Assembly (NCBI GenBank): GCA_963804645.1
Contig: CAWDRG010000015.1
Location: 32,001-96,000 of the forward strand
Length of the DNA stretch: 64,000 bases
Direction of reading: 5' to 3'
Origin: an uncultured Bacillota bacterium
Lineage (GTDB): Bacteria; Sysuimicrobiota; Sysuimicrobiia; Sysuimicrobiales; Segetimicrobiaceae
The notes under the pieces were generated by a model. It saw nothing but the letters and a program-made list of their open reading frames with translations. It was not told where the DNA came from and ran no database searches. Positions within the stretch are counted from its first letter, which is position 1, and each line of letters starts with the position of its first letter. Positions 9,546-18,102 of the stretch are shown in pieces. The position numbers and the translations under genes were made by a program.

Positions 9546-10736
9546 GTGTTGACGATCAGTGCGGGCGAGACGCGGCGGCGCCAAGCGCGGGTTCGCGAGG
9601 CCCTCGGCCGCCGCGACCTCGGCGGGCTGTGCTTGTTCAGTCCGACCCAGGTGTTTTACCTGACCGGCTTCGCCTTCATCCAGACCGAGCGCCCGATCGG
9701 GCTGGCGTTTCCCCGCGATGGGCGCAGCGTGCTGTACGTCCCCAAACTGGAGGACGAGCACTCGCGCCTGCACGCGCTCGTCGATGAGGTCGAGGCGTAC
9801 CCGGAGTATCCGGGGCGCACCCACCCGATGCAGCGGTTTGCCGCGATCTGCCGCGACCTCGGGCTCGGCACCGGCAAGGTGGGCTGCGACAGCGACGGGT
9901 ACGGCGGCGGCTACGGATACCGGGGTCCGAAGCTGAGCGAGCTGCTGCCGGACGCCGCGGTCGTACCGTCGCGCGATCTGATCGAGGAGATGATCGCCGT
10001 CAAGTCATCCGAGGAGATCGCGCTGATCCGCGAGAGCGCGAAGTGGGGCAACGAGGCGCACCGGCTGCTGCAGGCGTACACCCGTCCCGGACTGACCGAG
10101 ACCGAGGTAAGCGGCCGCGCGTCGCTCGACGCCACCCAGACCATGATCCGCACGCTCGGGCCGGAGTACCGGCCGCTCTCGTGGCTGCGTGCCGGCGCGC
10201 ACGCGGGGTACCGGGGGCAGATCGGGAAGGACTCCGCGCTGCCCCACTCGATGACGACCAACGCGGTGTTTCGGCCGGGCGATGTGCTCGTCACGGGCGC
10301 CGGCGCGGCGGTCGGCGGCTACGGCAGTGAACTCGAGCGGACGATGGTGATCGGCACGCCGGACGACCGCCAGCGGCGCATGTTCGATCTGATGGTCGGC
10401 GCGCTCGAGACCGCGTTCGACGCGATCCGGCCGGGCGCGCCGTGCTCCGCCGTCGACCGGGCGGTGACCGCGTACTACGAGGCGCACGATCTCATGCCCT
10501 ACTGGCGGCACCACACGGGGCACGCGCTCGGCATGGGAATCCACGAGGCGCCGTTCTTCGACCTCGGCGACGACACGCCGATGCAGCCCGGCATGGTGTT
10601 CAGCGTGGAGCCGGGCCTGTACGTCCCCGGGTTCGCGGGATTCCGCCACTCGGACACCGTGGTGGTCACGGAGCGCGGGATGGACATGATCACGTTTTAT
10701 CCGCGGGGACTCGATGAGCTGACGATCCCGGCGTAA
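9546..10736 (+). CDS. M24 Xaa-Pro peptidase family protein
   Basis: YLTGF creatinase N-domain; KSSEEI, HHTGHALG..HEAP, SVEPGLY, FRHSDT. Confidence 0.9.
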   Translation: MLTISAGETRRRQARVREALGRRDLGGLCLFSPTQVFYLTGFAFIQTERPIGLAFPRDGRSVLYVPKLEDEHSRLHALVDEVEAYPEYPGRTHPMQRFAAICRDLGLGTGKVGCDSDGYGGGYGYRGPKLSELLPDAAVVPSRDLIEEMIAVKSSEEIALIRESAKWGNEAHRLLQAYTRPGLTETEVSGRASLDATQTMIRTLGPEYRPLSWLRAGAHAGYRGQIGKDSALPHSMTTNAVFRPGDVLVTGAGAAVGGYGSELERTMVIGTPDDRQRRMFDLMVGALETAFDAIRPGAPCSAVDRAVTAYYEAHDLMPYWRHHTGHALGMGIHEAPFFDLGDDTPMQPGMVFSVEPGLYVPGFAGFRHSDTVVVTERGMDMITFYPRGLDELTIPA

Positions 10737-10766
10737 CTACGCCGGGGGACTAACGACACGTGAGAG

Positions 10767-11312
10767 GTGAGACTCATGCGAACGATCCTTCTGCTTCTGA
10801 TCGGTGCCATGGTGGTGCTGACCGTTCCGGCGTCGAGCGTCGCGGCCGGGGAGACCGTCGGCATGGCAACGGCGAAGGTCGACGGCGTGTCGAAAGAAAT
10901 CCTCACGAACGCGAAGGGGATGACCCTCTACTACTTTACCGGTGATACGGCGACCACGAGCGGGTGCACCGGCGGGTGCGGCTCGGTCTGGCCTGCGCTG
11001 CTCAGCGACTCCGCGCCGACCGCCGCGCCGATGCTGACGGGCAAGCTGTCGCTCGTCAAGACCGCCAACGGCTCGCAGGTGGCGTACAACGGCCACCTGC
11101 TCTACACGTACTCCCGCGATCAGGCGCCGGGCGACACGAACGGCAACGGCATCGCCGGCAAGTGGTTCGCCGCGACGGTGGATCTCAAGGCCGCCGTCGT
11201 CCCCGCCCCGACGTGGTGTTGCAGCGCCGGGTACGGGAGCAGCAGCGCCTATGGGAATGGTGGCGGCAACGGCGGCGGCGGGATGAGCGACGGGGGCAAG
11301 GGCGGCTACTGA
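10767..11312 (+). CDS. secreted protein with Yx(FWY)xxD repeats (COG4315-like)
   Basis: signal peptide; GMTLYYFTGD..C...C..VWP and YNGHLLYTYSRD..GDTNG repeats; Gly-rich tail. Confidence 0.85.
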   Translation: MRLMRTILLLLIGAMVVLTVPASSVAAGETVGMATAKVDGVSKEILTNAKGMTLYYFTGDTATTSGCTGGCGSVWPALLSDSAPTAAPMLTGKLSLVKTANGSQVAYNGHLLYTYSRDQAPGDTNGNGIAGKWFAATVDLKAAVVPAPTWCCSAGYGSSSAYGNGGGNGGGGMSDGGKGGY

Positions 11313-11344
11313 TCGAGCGCGGCCCGGTGCCCCGCTCCGCGTGA

Positions 11345-12703
11345 TCAGGCCGGGTCGGACGCCTCAAGGTCGATGCGCCGCTGGACGAAGTTGATGTACA
11401 CTTCGCCGCGCCGGAAGAACGCGTTGTCGAGCACTTGGAGATGGAACGGGATCGTCGTCTTGATGCCGCCGATCTCGAACTCGCCCAGGGCCCGCTGCAT
11501 CCGCGCAATCGACTCGTCGCGGTCGCGCCCCCAGGCGATGACCTTCGCGACGAGGGAATCGTACTGCGGAGGAATCGTGTAGCCCGCGTACGCGTGGGTG
11601 TCCACGCGGATGCCGGGACCGCCGGGCGGCACGAACGCGGTGATCGGCCCCGGCGAGGGCAGAAAATCTCGGGCCGGATCCTCGGCGTTGACGCGGCACT
11701 CGATCGCGTGGCCGTGGGTGGCGACGTCGCGGGGCAGCGAGAGGCGCTCGCCGGCGGCGATCCGGATCTGCTCTTTGATCAGGTCGATGTCGGTGACCAT
11801 CTCGGTGACCGGGTGCTCGACCTGGATCCGGGTGTTCATCTCCATAAAGTAGAGGCGCCGGCCGGCCTCGACCAGAAACTCGACGGTCCCCACGCTGGTG
11901 TACCCGACGACCTCGGCCGCGCGGACCGCCGCCCGCAGCAGCGCGCGCCGCATCCGGGGGCTCAGCCCCACCGCGGGCGATTCCTCCAGCAGCTTCTGAT
12001 GCCGGCGCTGGATGGAGCAGTCCCGCTCGCCCACCGCCACAATGGCTCCCCGGCCGTCGGCGACGAGCTGTACTTCGATGTGCCGGGGTTCCTCCAGGTA
12101 CCGTTCGACGTAGATCTCGGAGTTGCCGAACGCGGCCTCCGCCTCCCGCTGGGCGGTGGCGAGCGCCCGGCGCAGGTCGCCTGCCGACTGGACGACGCGC
12201 ATCCCTCGGCCGCCGCCGCCGGCGGCGGCCTTGATGATCAGCGGATACCCGGTCTCCCGTGCGGCCGCGAGCGCCGCCGCCTCGTCGCGCACGGGGGCCA
12301 TGCTCCCGGGCACGACCGGCAGGCCGGCCTTGCGCATCATGCGCCGCGCCTCGGCCTTGTCGCCCATCTTCGCGATGGCTTCGGGGGACGGGCCGATGAA
12401 CGTGATGTGGCAGTCCCGGCAGATCTCGGCGAAGTGCGGGTTCTCCGCGAGGAATCCGTAGCCCGGATGGATCGCGTCGACGCCGAGCAACTCGGCGGTG
12501 GCCATGATGTTGGGGATGTTGAGGTAGCTGTCCCGCGCGGGCGCGGGCCCGATGCAGAACGCCTCGTCGGCCATCCGGACGTGCAGCGCGTCGCGGTCGG
12601 CGTCGGAATACACCGCCGCGGTGGGGATGCCGAGCTCGCGGCACGCGCGGATGACGCGTACCGCGATCTCGCCCCGATTGGCGATCAGTACTTTCTTGAA
12701 CAT
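11345..12703 (-). CDS. accC: acetyl-CoA carboxylase, biotin carboxylase subunit
   Basis: KVLIANRGEIA, HPGYGFLAEN, GGGGRGMR, EMNTRIQVEH. Confidence 0.97.
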   Translation of the reverse strand: MFKKVLIANRGEIAVRVIRACRELGIPTAAVYSDADRDALHVRMADEAFCIGPAPARDSYLNIPNIMATAELLGVDAIHPGYGFLAENPHFAEICRDCHITFIGPSPEAIAKMGDKAEARRMMRKAGLPVVPGSMAPVRDEAAALAAARETGYPLIIKAAAGGGGRGMRVVQSAGDLRRALATAQREAEAAFGNSEIYVERYLEEPRHIEVQLVADGRGAIVAVGERDCSIQRRHQKLLEESPAVGLSPRMRRALLRAAVRAAEVVGYTSVGTVEFLVEAGRRLYFMEMNTRIQVEHPVTEMVTDIDLIKEQIRIAAGERLSLPRDVATHGHAIECRVNAEDPARDFLPSPGPITAFVPPGGPGIRVDTHAYAGYTIPPQYDSLVAKVIAWGRDRDESIARMQRALGEFEIGGIKTTIPFHLQVLDNAFFRRGEVYINFVQRRIDLEASDPA

Positions 12704-12707
12704 CGGA

Positions 12708-13169
12708 TTACGCGGACGAGGGATCGATCAGGAACAGCGGCTGCCCGTACTCGACCGCCGCGCCATTGTCCGCGAGCACGCTCACGACACGGCCGGCGAC
12801 ATCGCTCTGAATCTCGTTGAACAGCTTCATCGCCTCGAGGATGCAGACCGTCTGCCCGACCTCGACCGCGTCCCCCTCCTGGACGAACGGCGGCGCATCG
12901 GGGCTGGCGGCGCGGTAGAACGTCCCGACCATCGGCGCCACGATCGGCGCATAGCGCCCCTCGGGTCCCGGCCGTACGTCCGCGCGCGGGTCCGTGCGCT
13001 CGGGCGCCGCGCTGTCGGGCGCGTCGGGCGCGGCCGCCCGCGTCCGGGGCTTCTTGATCTTGACCTTGATGTGCGGCGCCTCGACCTCGAGCTCCGCGAT
13101 CTCGGATGCGACCGCGAGGTCGATCAGCGCCTGGATCTCCTCCAGATCGAGCCGTCGATCGTCGCTCAT
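12708..13169 (-). CDS. accB: biotin carboxyl carrier protein
   Basis: APMVGTFY; EAMKL biotinylation motif. Confidence 0.96.
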   Translation of the reverse strand: MSDDRRLDLEEIQALIDLAVASEIAELEVEAPHIKVKIKKPRTRAAAPDAPDSAAPERTDPRADVRPGPEGRYAPIVAPMVGTFYRAASPDAPPFVQEGDAVEVGQTVCILEAMKLFNEIQSDVAGRVVSVLADNGAAVEYGQPLFLIDPSSA

Positions 13170-14185
13170 GTCGCCTGCGCCTCCGAGTCGCCGCCCGCCG
13201 CCACGTCGCGGATCCGGCCGATGCGACGGTACTTCTCATACCGGCCCGCCACGAGCGATTCCTCCGAGCGCCCCTCGCAGGCGGCCAGGCGCCGGCGGAC
13301 CGCGGCGGCCACCGCGGCGACCGCGTCGTCGCGGTGGCGGTGGGCGCCCCCCGGCGGCTCGGGGATGATCTCGTCGGCGATGCCGAGCTCGACGAGATCG
13401 GGCGCGGTGAGGTGCAGCGCCTCCGCGGCCTCCTTGGCGCGGGACGCGTCCCGCCACAGAATCGCCGCGCAGCCCTCGGGGGAGATGACCGAGTAGACCG
13501 CGTGCTCGAGCATCAGCAGCACGTCGCCCATGCCGACCGCGAGCGCGCCGCCGCTGCCGCCTTCGCCGGTGATCACGGTGATGATCGGGGTCCGCAGCCG
13601 GGCCATCTTGAGGAGGGCGCGGGCGATCGCCTCGCTCTGGCCGCGTTCCTCGGCTTCCTTCCCGGGGAACGCCCCGGGCGTATCGATCAGGGTGACGACG
13701 GGCGCGTGCAGCTTCTCCGCGAGCGCCATGACGCGCAGGGCCTTCCGGTAGCCCTCGGGATTGGGCATGCCGAACCGGCGCGCGATGTTCTCGCGGGTGT
13801 CGCGTCCCTTCGCATGGCCGATGAGCGCCGCGGGCCGGCCGTCGATCAGGCCGAGGCCGGCGATGATCGCCGGGTCGTCGCCGAACGCGCGGTCTCCGTG
13901 GAGCTCCGCGAACTCCGAGGTCAGGCCGGCGATGTAGTCGTCCACCTTCGGGCGCTCGGCATGGCGTGCGAGCTGCACCCGCTGCCAGGGCGACGGGTGG
14001 CGGGCGATCTCCTCGCGGAGGCCCTCGGCCCGCAGCTCGAGCGCCGAGATCTGCTCGGCGAGGTCCAGCCGCTGGGCGGTCGTGATCCGGCGCAGCTCGC
14101 CGATCTCGCGCTCCACGTCCGCGAGATCGCGCTCGGACGGATCGCTCGGGGCCGGCCCCGTCAGGTCAGGCGGTCGGCTGCTCAT
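13166..14185 (-). CDS. accA: ACC carboxyltransferase alpha subunit
   Basis: [48 protein letters not shown]. Confidence 0.96.
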   Translation of the reverse strand: MSSRPPDLTGPAPSDPSERDLADVEREIGELRRITTAQRLDLAEQISALELRAEGLREEIARHPSPWQRVQLARHAERPKVDDYIAGLTSEFAELHGDRAFGDDPAIIAGLGLIDGRPAALIGHAKGRDTRENIARRFGMPNPEGYRKALRVMALAEKLHAPVVTLIDTPGAFPGKEAEERGQSEAIARALLKMARLRTPIITVITGEGGSGGALAVGMGDVLLMLEHAVYSVISPEGCAAILWRDASRAKEAAEALHLTAPDLVELGIADEIIPEPPGGAHRHRDDAVAAVAAAVRRRLAACEGRSEESLVAGRYEKYRRIGRIRDVAAGGDSEAQAT

Positions 14186-15086
14186 CGGCCTCCGTCCGTT
14201 CGTCCGTGGCCCAGCCCTGCGCGGGCAGGCCGGCGAGGAGGGGGTCGCACGGCGCGTTCGTCAGGCGCAGCAGGCGCGCGAGCGCGGCGCGCAGGTCGGC
14301 GCGGGGCACGATGCCGTCCACGAGCCCGTGCTCCAGCAGGAACTCCGCGGTCTGAAAGCCTTCGGGCAGCTTCTGCCGGATGGTTTGTTCGATCACGCGC
14401 GGTCCGGCGAATCCGATGAGGGCGCCGGGTTCTGCCAAGATCACGTCGCCCTGGAACGCGAAGCTCGCGGCGACGCCGCCCGTCGTCGGGTCGCACAGCA
14501 CGGAGATGAACGCGATGCCCGCGTCGGCGAGCCGGCCCAGCGCCACGCTGGTCTTCGCCATCTGCAGCAGGGACAGCGTGCCCTCCTGCATGCGTGCGCC
14601 GCCCGAGGCGACGAACAGCACGAACGGCAAGCGGTGCGCGTGGGCGCGCTCCGCGCTGCGGGCGATCTTCTCCCCGACGACGGAGCCGAGGCTGCCGCCC
14701 ATGAACCCGAACTCCATCGCCCCCACGACCGCCCGCGCGCCTTCGACCGTCCCGGTGCCGGTGATCACCGCTTCGGGCTGCCCGGTCCGGCGCTGCGCTT
14801 CCTCCACCCGCGCGGGGTACGGCTTCTCGTCGGTGAACCCCAGCGGGTCCTCCGGGACGAGCCCCTGGTCGGCTTCTTCGAACGAGCCGCGGTCGAGTAC
14901 CAGCGCCAGACGGTCCGCCGCCGACAGCCGGTGGTGGTAGCCGCAGCGCGGACAGACGCGCAGGTTGCGCTCGAGCTCCCGGCGGTAGACGAGGTTCGCG
15001 CAGCGCGGACACTTGGTCCACAGCCCGGCCGGCATGTCGCGGCGCTCGGAGGCGCCCCGTCGTGGTCGACCGAGCCAATCTAGCAT
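14166..15086 (-). CDS. accD: ACC carboxyltransferase beta subunit
   Basis: CPRC..CPRC zinc finger; [31 protein letters not shown]. Confidence 0.96.
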   Translation of the reverse strand: MLDWLGRPRRGASERRDMPAGLWTKCPRCANLVYRRELERNLRVCPRCGYHHRLSAADRLALVLDRGSFEEADQGLVPEDPLGFTDEKPYPARVEEAQRRTGQPEAVITGTGTVEGARAVVGAMEFGFMGGSLGSVVGEKIARSAERAHAHRLPFVLFVASGGARMQEGTLSLLQMAKTSVALGRLADAGIAFISVLCDPTTGGVAASFAFQGDVILAEPGALIGFAGPRVIEQTIRQKLPEGFQTAEFLLEHGLVDGIVPRADLRAALARLLRLTNAPCDPLLAGLPAQGWATDERTEADEQPTA

Positions 15087-15142
15087 GGGCTGAACCGCGG
15101 CAGGGGGCGAGGTGCCGGATAGGGATGTCTCAAAGTGTCCCG

Positions 15143-15171
15143 ATTATACCGTACGCCCCCCGCCGCGGCAA
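15143..15171 (-). promoter_or_regulatory. sigma70/sigmaA promoter of the accDABC operon
   Basis: minus strand TTGCCG-N17-TATAAT, about 56 nt upstream of the accD ATG. Confidence 0.7.
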
Positions 15172-15436
15172 CGCGACAGCGAACAGGCAAGACCGATGAC
15201 ACCGATCCGGGGGGACATGGTATCGTCGGGGCCCCGCTCGCCCAAATGCTTCCCCGTGCCGCTGCCCGAGCGACGACCGGCCAAACGCGACGACGTCTCG
15301 ATCAGACCGGGTAGCGGGTTCGCTGCGGTGCGCTGCGTTGAGGACCCAGCTCTGCCTGCGCGGGCCGATGCCGACGACGAGGTTACATGTGGAGAAGCTG
15401 CCGCCTCGGGAGGACCCGGCGCTGTTGGGCGTGCTG

Positions 15437-17320
15437 TTATCGGTCAGGAGGTCGAATGAGCTGCATGGCGATGGCGCGCAACAGCTTCGTGCCGTCGATG
15501 CTACCCCACCCCGTGCACGCGTCCCACCCTTTCCTCGCTTGGTAGTAGGGTGACTTCGGCGTGTCTGCGGAATCGTTGTCGCCATAGGTGACGTCATTGA
15601 ATGGTGACATCGTGGTGTCGCTGCCCAGCTGATACAGCGTTGGGTTGAGGGGACCGAGCGGCATCCCAACGGCATTTTGCAGCACCGCGGTGAGCCCGGC
15701 ATAGAGCGGTGCGACACAGCTCGTCCCGATGAAAGTATACTCTATACCGTTTACGAAGAACCCGCTGTAGGCGACCATGCCGGCGACATCGGGCACGCCT
15801 CGGCCCTTGTGGAGATTGTTGGCGGAATCGACAACCTTAATCCCGGCCGTAGTTTGGTATTCAGGGGCTTGGAATATCTTGCTGACACCGCCGCCGGTCG
15901 CGCCGAAATCTGAGTCAGCGTCACCGAAGTCGGACCCCGTGCTGGTGTGCGCGTCGCTCCAGACGAATTCGTCGAAGCTGAGCGGCGGGCCATTGCGCAC
16001 GTTGCCGACGATCGTGCCGCCGCAGGAGGTGACCCAGGGATCGCCGCCCGGATAGCTCACATGGGCGTTGCCGTCCGTCACCCCGTCATCCGCGCCCCAG
16101 TCGCCCACACCAACGAAGACATTGATACCGCACATCGCGAGCTGTTTGAACAGTGTGCTCATGACGAAGGCGAGCGAGGCGGGCTTGTCGGCCAAACCGC
16201 ATTCGTTGGGGTCGTCGCTATAGTACAGGAGCCAGCTACAGGTGACGACGGTCGGCTGTTTCTCGTCTTCGGGGAGCAGCACGCGGTTGAGGAAAACGAG
16301 CCAACCCTGCTCGGAGTCCTCGGTGAAATAGACGTTGACCGTCGCGCCCTGCGCGATCGTCGCGGAGGTCGCGATATCCTGCGTCAGCTCGGTGATCCAG
16401 TAGTACGGGAATAAATTCCAGTTGGCCGGGCTGGCCTGTTGCACATTGGTTGGGTTGTTCAAGAATATTTTGTCGTTGCCGAATTGGTCTCTGCCGACCT
16501 GCAGATTCACGTCGTGGATCAAGGCCGGCGCGGTCTGGTAGCCTACTTCCAAGCTGGGAAAGTAGTGATCGGTGAGGTCGGGGGCGAAATAGCTGGCGCC
16601 CTCGCCCGGCCTCTTTTGTGGCGCGATCACGCCGATGGTTTGATTGGCTGTGCGGGACCTGGGGAAGTTGTAGATGTGCGCAAGTCTTGGGACCGAAAGG
16701 TAGCCGGAACGGGAGGGGTCGTTGGTGCCATCCGGCCCACTGATGCTGATGGCCCGGTCGTCGAGCCCGATCACGGCCGTGACGTACAGGGCAATTTGCA
16801 ACGGCACGGATACCGGGCCGTGATAACCGTGACGCCAGGACGGCACCACCTGCTCCTGTGTCGTCGCGCCCGGTTGTTTCGTCGTTGCCTTTGCGTGGGT
16901 GCCGCGCGGCGTTCTCGGAAACTTGAGTTCGTACCAGATCAGCACGATGCGGAAGAAGTGGTTCATCTGCCCCGCGGTGCCGTGCACGCTGACGTTGCGC
17001 CGTCCCGCGTCCTGGGTGAGCACGGTCATTCCGTACGCATTCACGAAATCGACCACTGCTTTCACATCGTCTTCCGCCGCCCCGAATTTCTGCCTATATT
17101 CACTGGGCGAGAGGAAGCGGCGCTCGGCCAGCGGTGTGTTCTGCCAATACGCGAGGTCTCGCAGCGGTTGGCTGCCTGGTCGTTGGCGAATGACGAGGGA
17201 GACTGTTAGTTGATAGTCCAGGGGAAGTGGCACGTTGGCATCGACGGCGATGGGACGCTCGCTTCCGGCGAGTTCTTGCCAGTCGAGGATTGGAACCAAG
17301 CCGTTTGGCCCCGCAGCCAT
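15437..17320 (-). CDS. S53 (sedolisin/kumamolisin) serine peptidase with pro-domain, no signal peptide
   Basis: SD AAGGAG before ATG 17320; pro-domain FLSPSEY..FGA; catalytic ExxxD (ELTQD), GDWG, GRGVPDVAG, GTSCVAP; C-terminal GWDACTGWGS. Confidence 0.9.
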   Translation of the reverse strand: MAAGPNGLVPILDWQELAGSERPIAVDANVPLPLDYQLTVSLVIRQRPGSQPLRDLAYWQNTPLAERRFLSPSEYRQKFGAAEDDVKAVVDFVNAYGMTVLTQDAGRRNVSVHGTAGQMNHFFRIVLIWYELKFPRTPRGTHAKATTKQPGATTQEQVVPSWRHGYHGPVSVPLQIALYVTAVIGLDDRAISISGPDGTNDPSRSGYLSVPRLAHIYNFPRSRTANQTIGVIAPQKRPGEGASYFAPDLTDHYFPSLEVGYQTAPALIHDVNLQVGRDQFGNDKIFLNNPTNVQQASPANWNLFPYYWITELTQDIATSATIAQGATVNVYFTEDSEQGWLVFLNRVLLPEDEKQPTVVTCSWLLYYSDDPNECGLADKPASLAFVMSTLFKQLAMCGINVFVGVGDWGADDGVTDGNAHVSYPGGDPWVTSCGGTIVGNVRNGPPLSFDEFVWSDAHTSTGSDFGDADSDFGATGGGVSKIFQAPEYQTTAGIKVVDSANNLHKGRGVPDVAGMVAYSGFFVNGIEYTFIGTSCVAPLYAGLTAVLQNAVGMPLGPLNPTLYQLGSDTTMSPFNDVTYGDNDSADTPKSPYYQARKGWDACTGWGSIDGTKLLRAIAMQLIRPPDR

Positions 17321-17652
17321 GATGACGCTCCTTATGGAGATCGTTTGTCTATAGGTTGCGGTCACGGGCACGGTAATAGGCGCGTGCCCGAGCCGTTGTG
17401 CCGGTACTATTCTTGAACTTACAACACGAAGCGGCAAGAATTAGTGGAACAGCAACGGCCTACACGCGCGCCGCCCAGATGGCCGGGCTACCCTCATCTA
17501 CAAGGGAGTTCGACTTGGTGGCCGGTGCCGAACCCGACCCGGAACAACGTCTGCGATGCTCTGCACGTCTTCACGGTAACTCCGGCATCAGCGTCGCGAC
17601 CGCGGTTGGGCGCCGCTCAGCGGTCCGCGCACGGTCTCTCTCCGGTGCGCCG

Positions 17653-18069
17653 CTACGGAAGAGCGGCAAGGGAAGCTGCGAGCAGGTTAGACGCGACGCG
17701 GGCGGCCCGCCGGACCATTTCGTGGTAGCCTGCGCTGCTGGTGGGCGCCGTAAGCGCCGCATCCATTAGATCTATCGCGGCCTGTACAAACTTCGCCGCA
17801 TCGTCAGCCCCATCATGTCCAGCGTCGTGCGCTTTCTTGAGCGCGGGAAGAATTCCGACTTTGACATTCGTAGGGTCGAGTCCCAGACCGAGCTCTCCTG
17901 CCTCCTCCTTGAAACGGGCTATGTCCTCCCTACCCACCAGCATGTTTTGCATACTGTGGCCGAGCGACCTCACAATCTGCTCGGGCGCGTCGTTTCCGAT
18001 CTGATTGGCGATGTCGATCGCTTTCTTGACCTGATGGTACGGTAGGCTCCTCCCCGTTGCATCGCCCAC
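17653..18069 (-). CDS. hypothetical alpha-helical protein (138 aa)
   Basis: GTG start with GGGGGTGAGG upstream; co-oriented 33 nt after the STAND gene; protein-like composition. Confidence 0.65.
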   Translation of the reverse strand: MGDATGRSLPYHQVKKAIDIANQIGNDAPEQIVRSLGHSMQNMLVGREDIARFKEEAGELGLGLDPTNVKVGILPALKKAHDAGHDGADDAAKFVQAAIDLMDAALTAPTSSAGYHEMVRRAARVASNLLAASLAALP

Positions 18070-18102
18070 GTCCTCACCCCCCGTAGTTCTTCTTTGAGCG
18101 TG

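Noticed and set aside
11345..15086. All four acc genes in one operon
   Set aside because: Clustered acc genes are known in Terrabacteria, so this is not novel
17504..17520. GGGAGTTCGACT resembling a tRNA T-loop or att site
   Set aside because: No complementary T-stem, cloverleaf or CCA end
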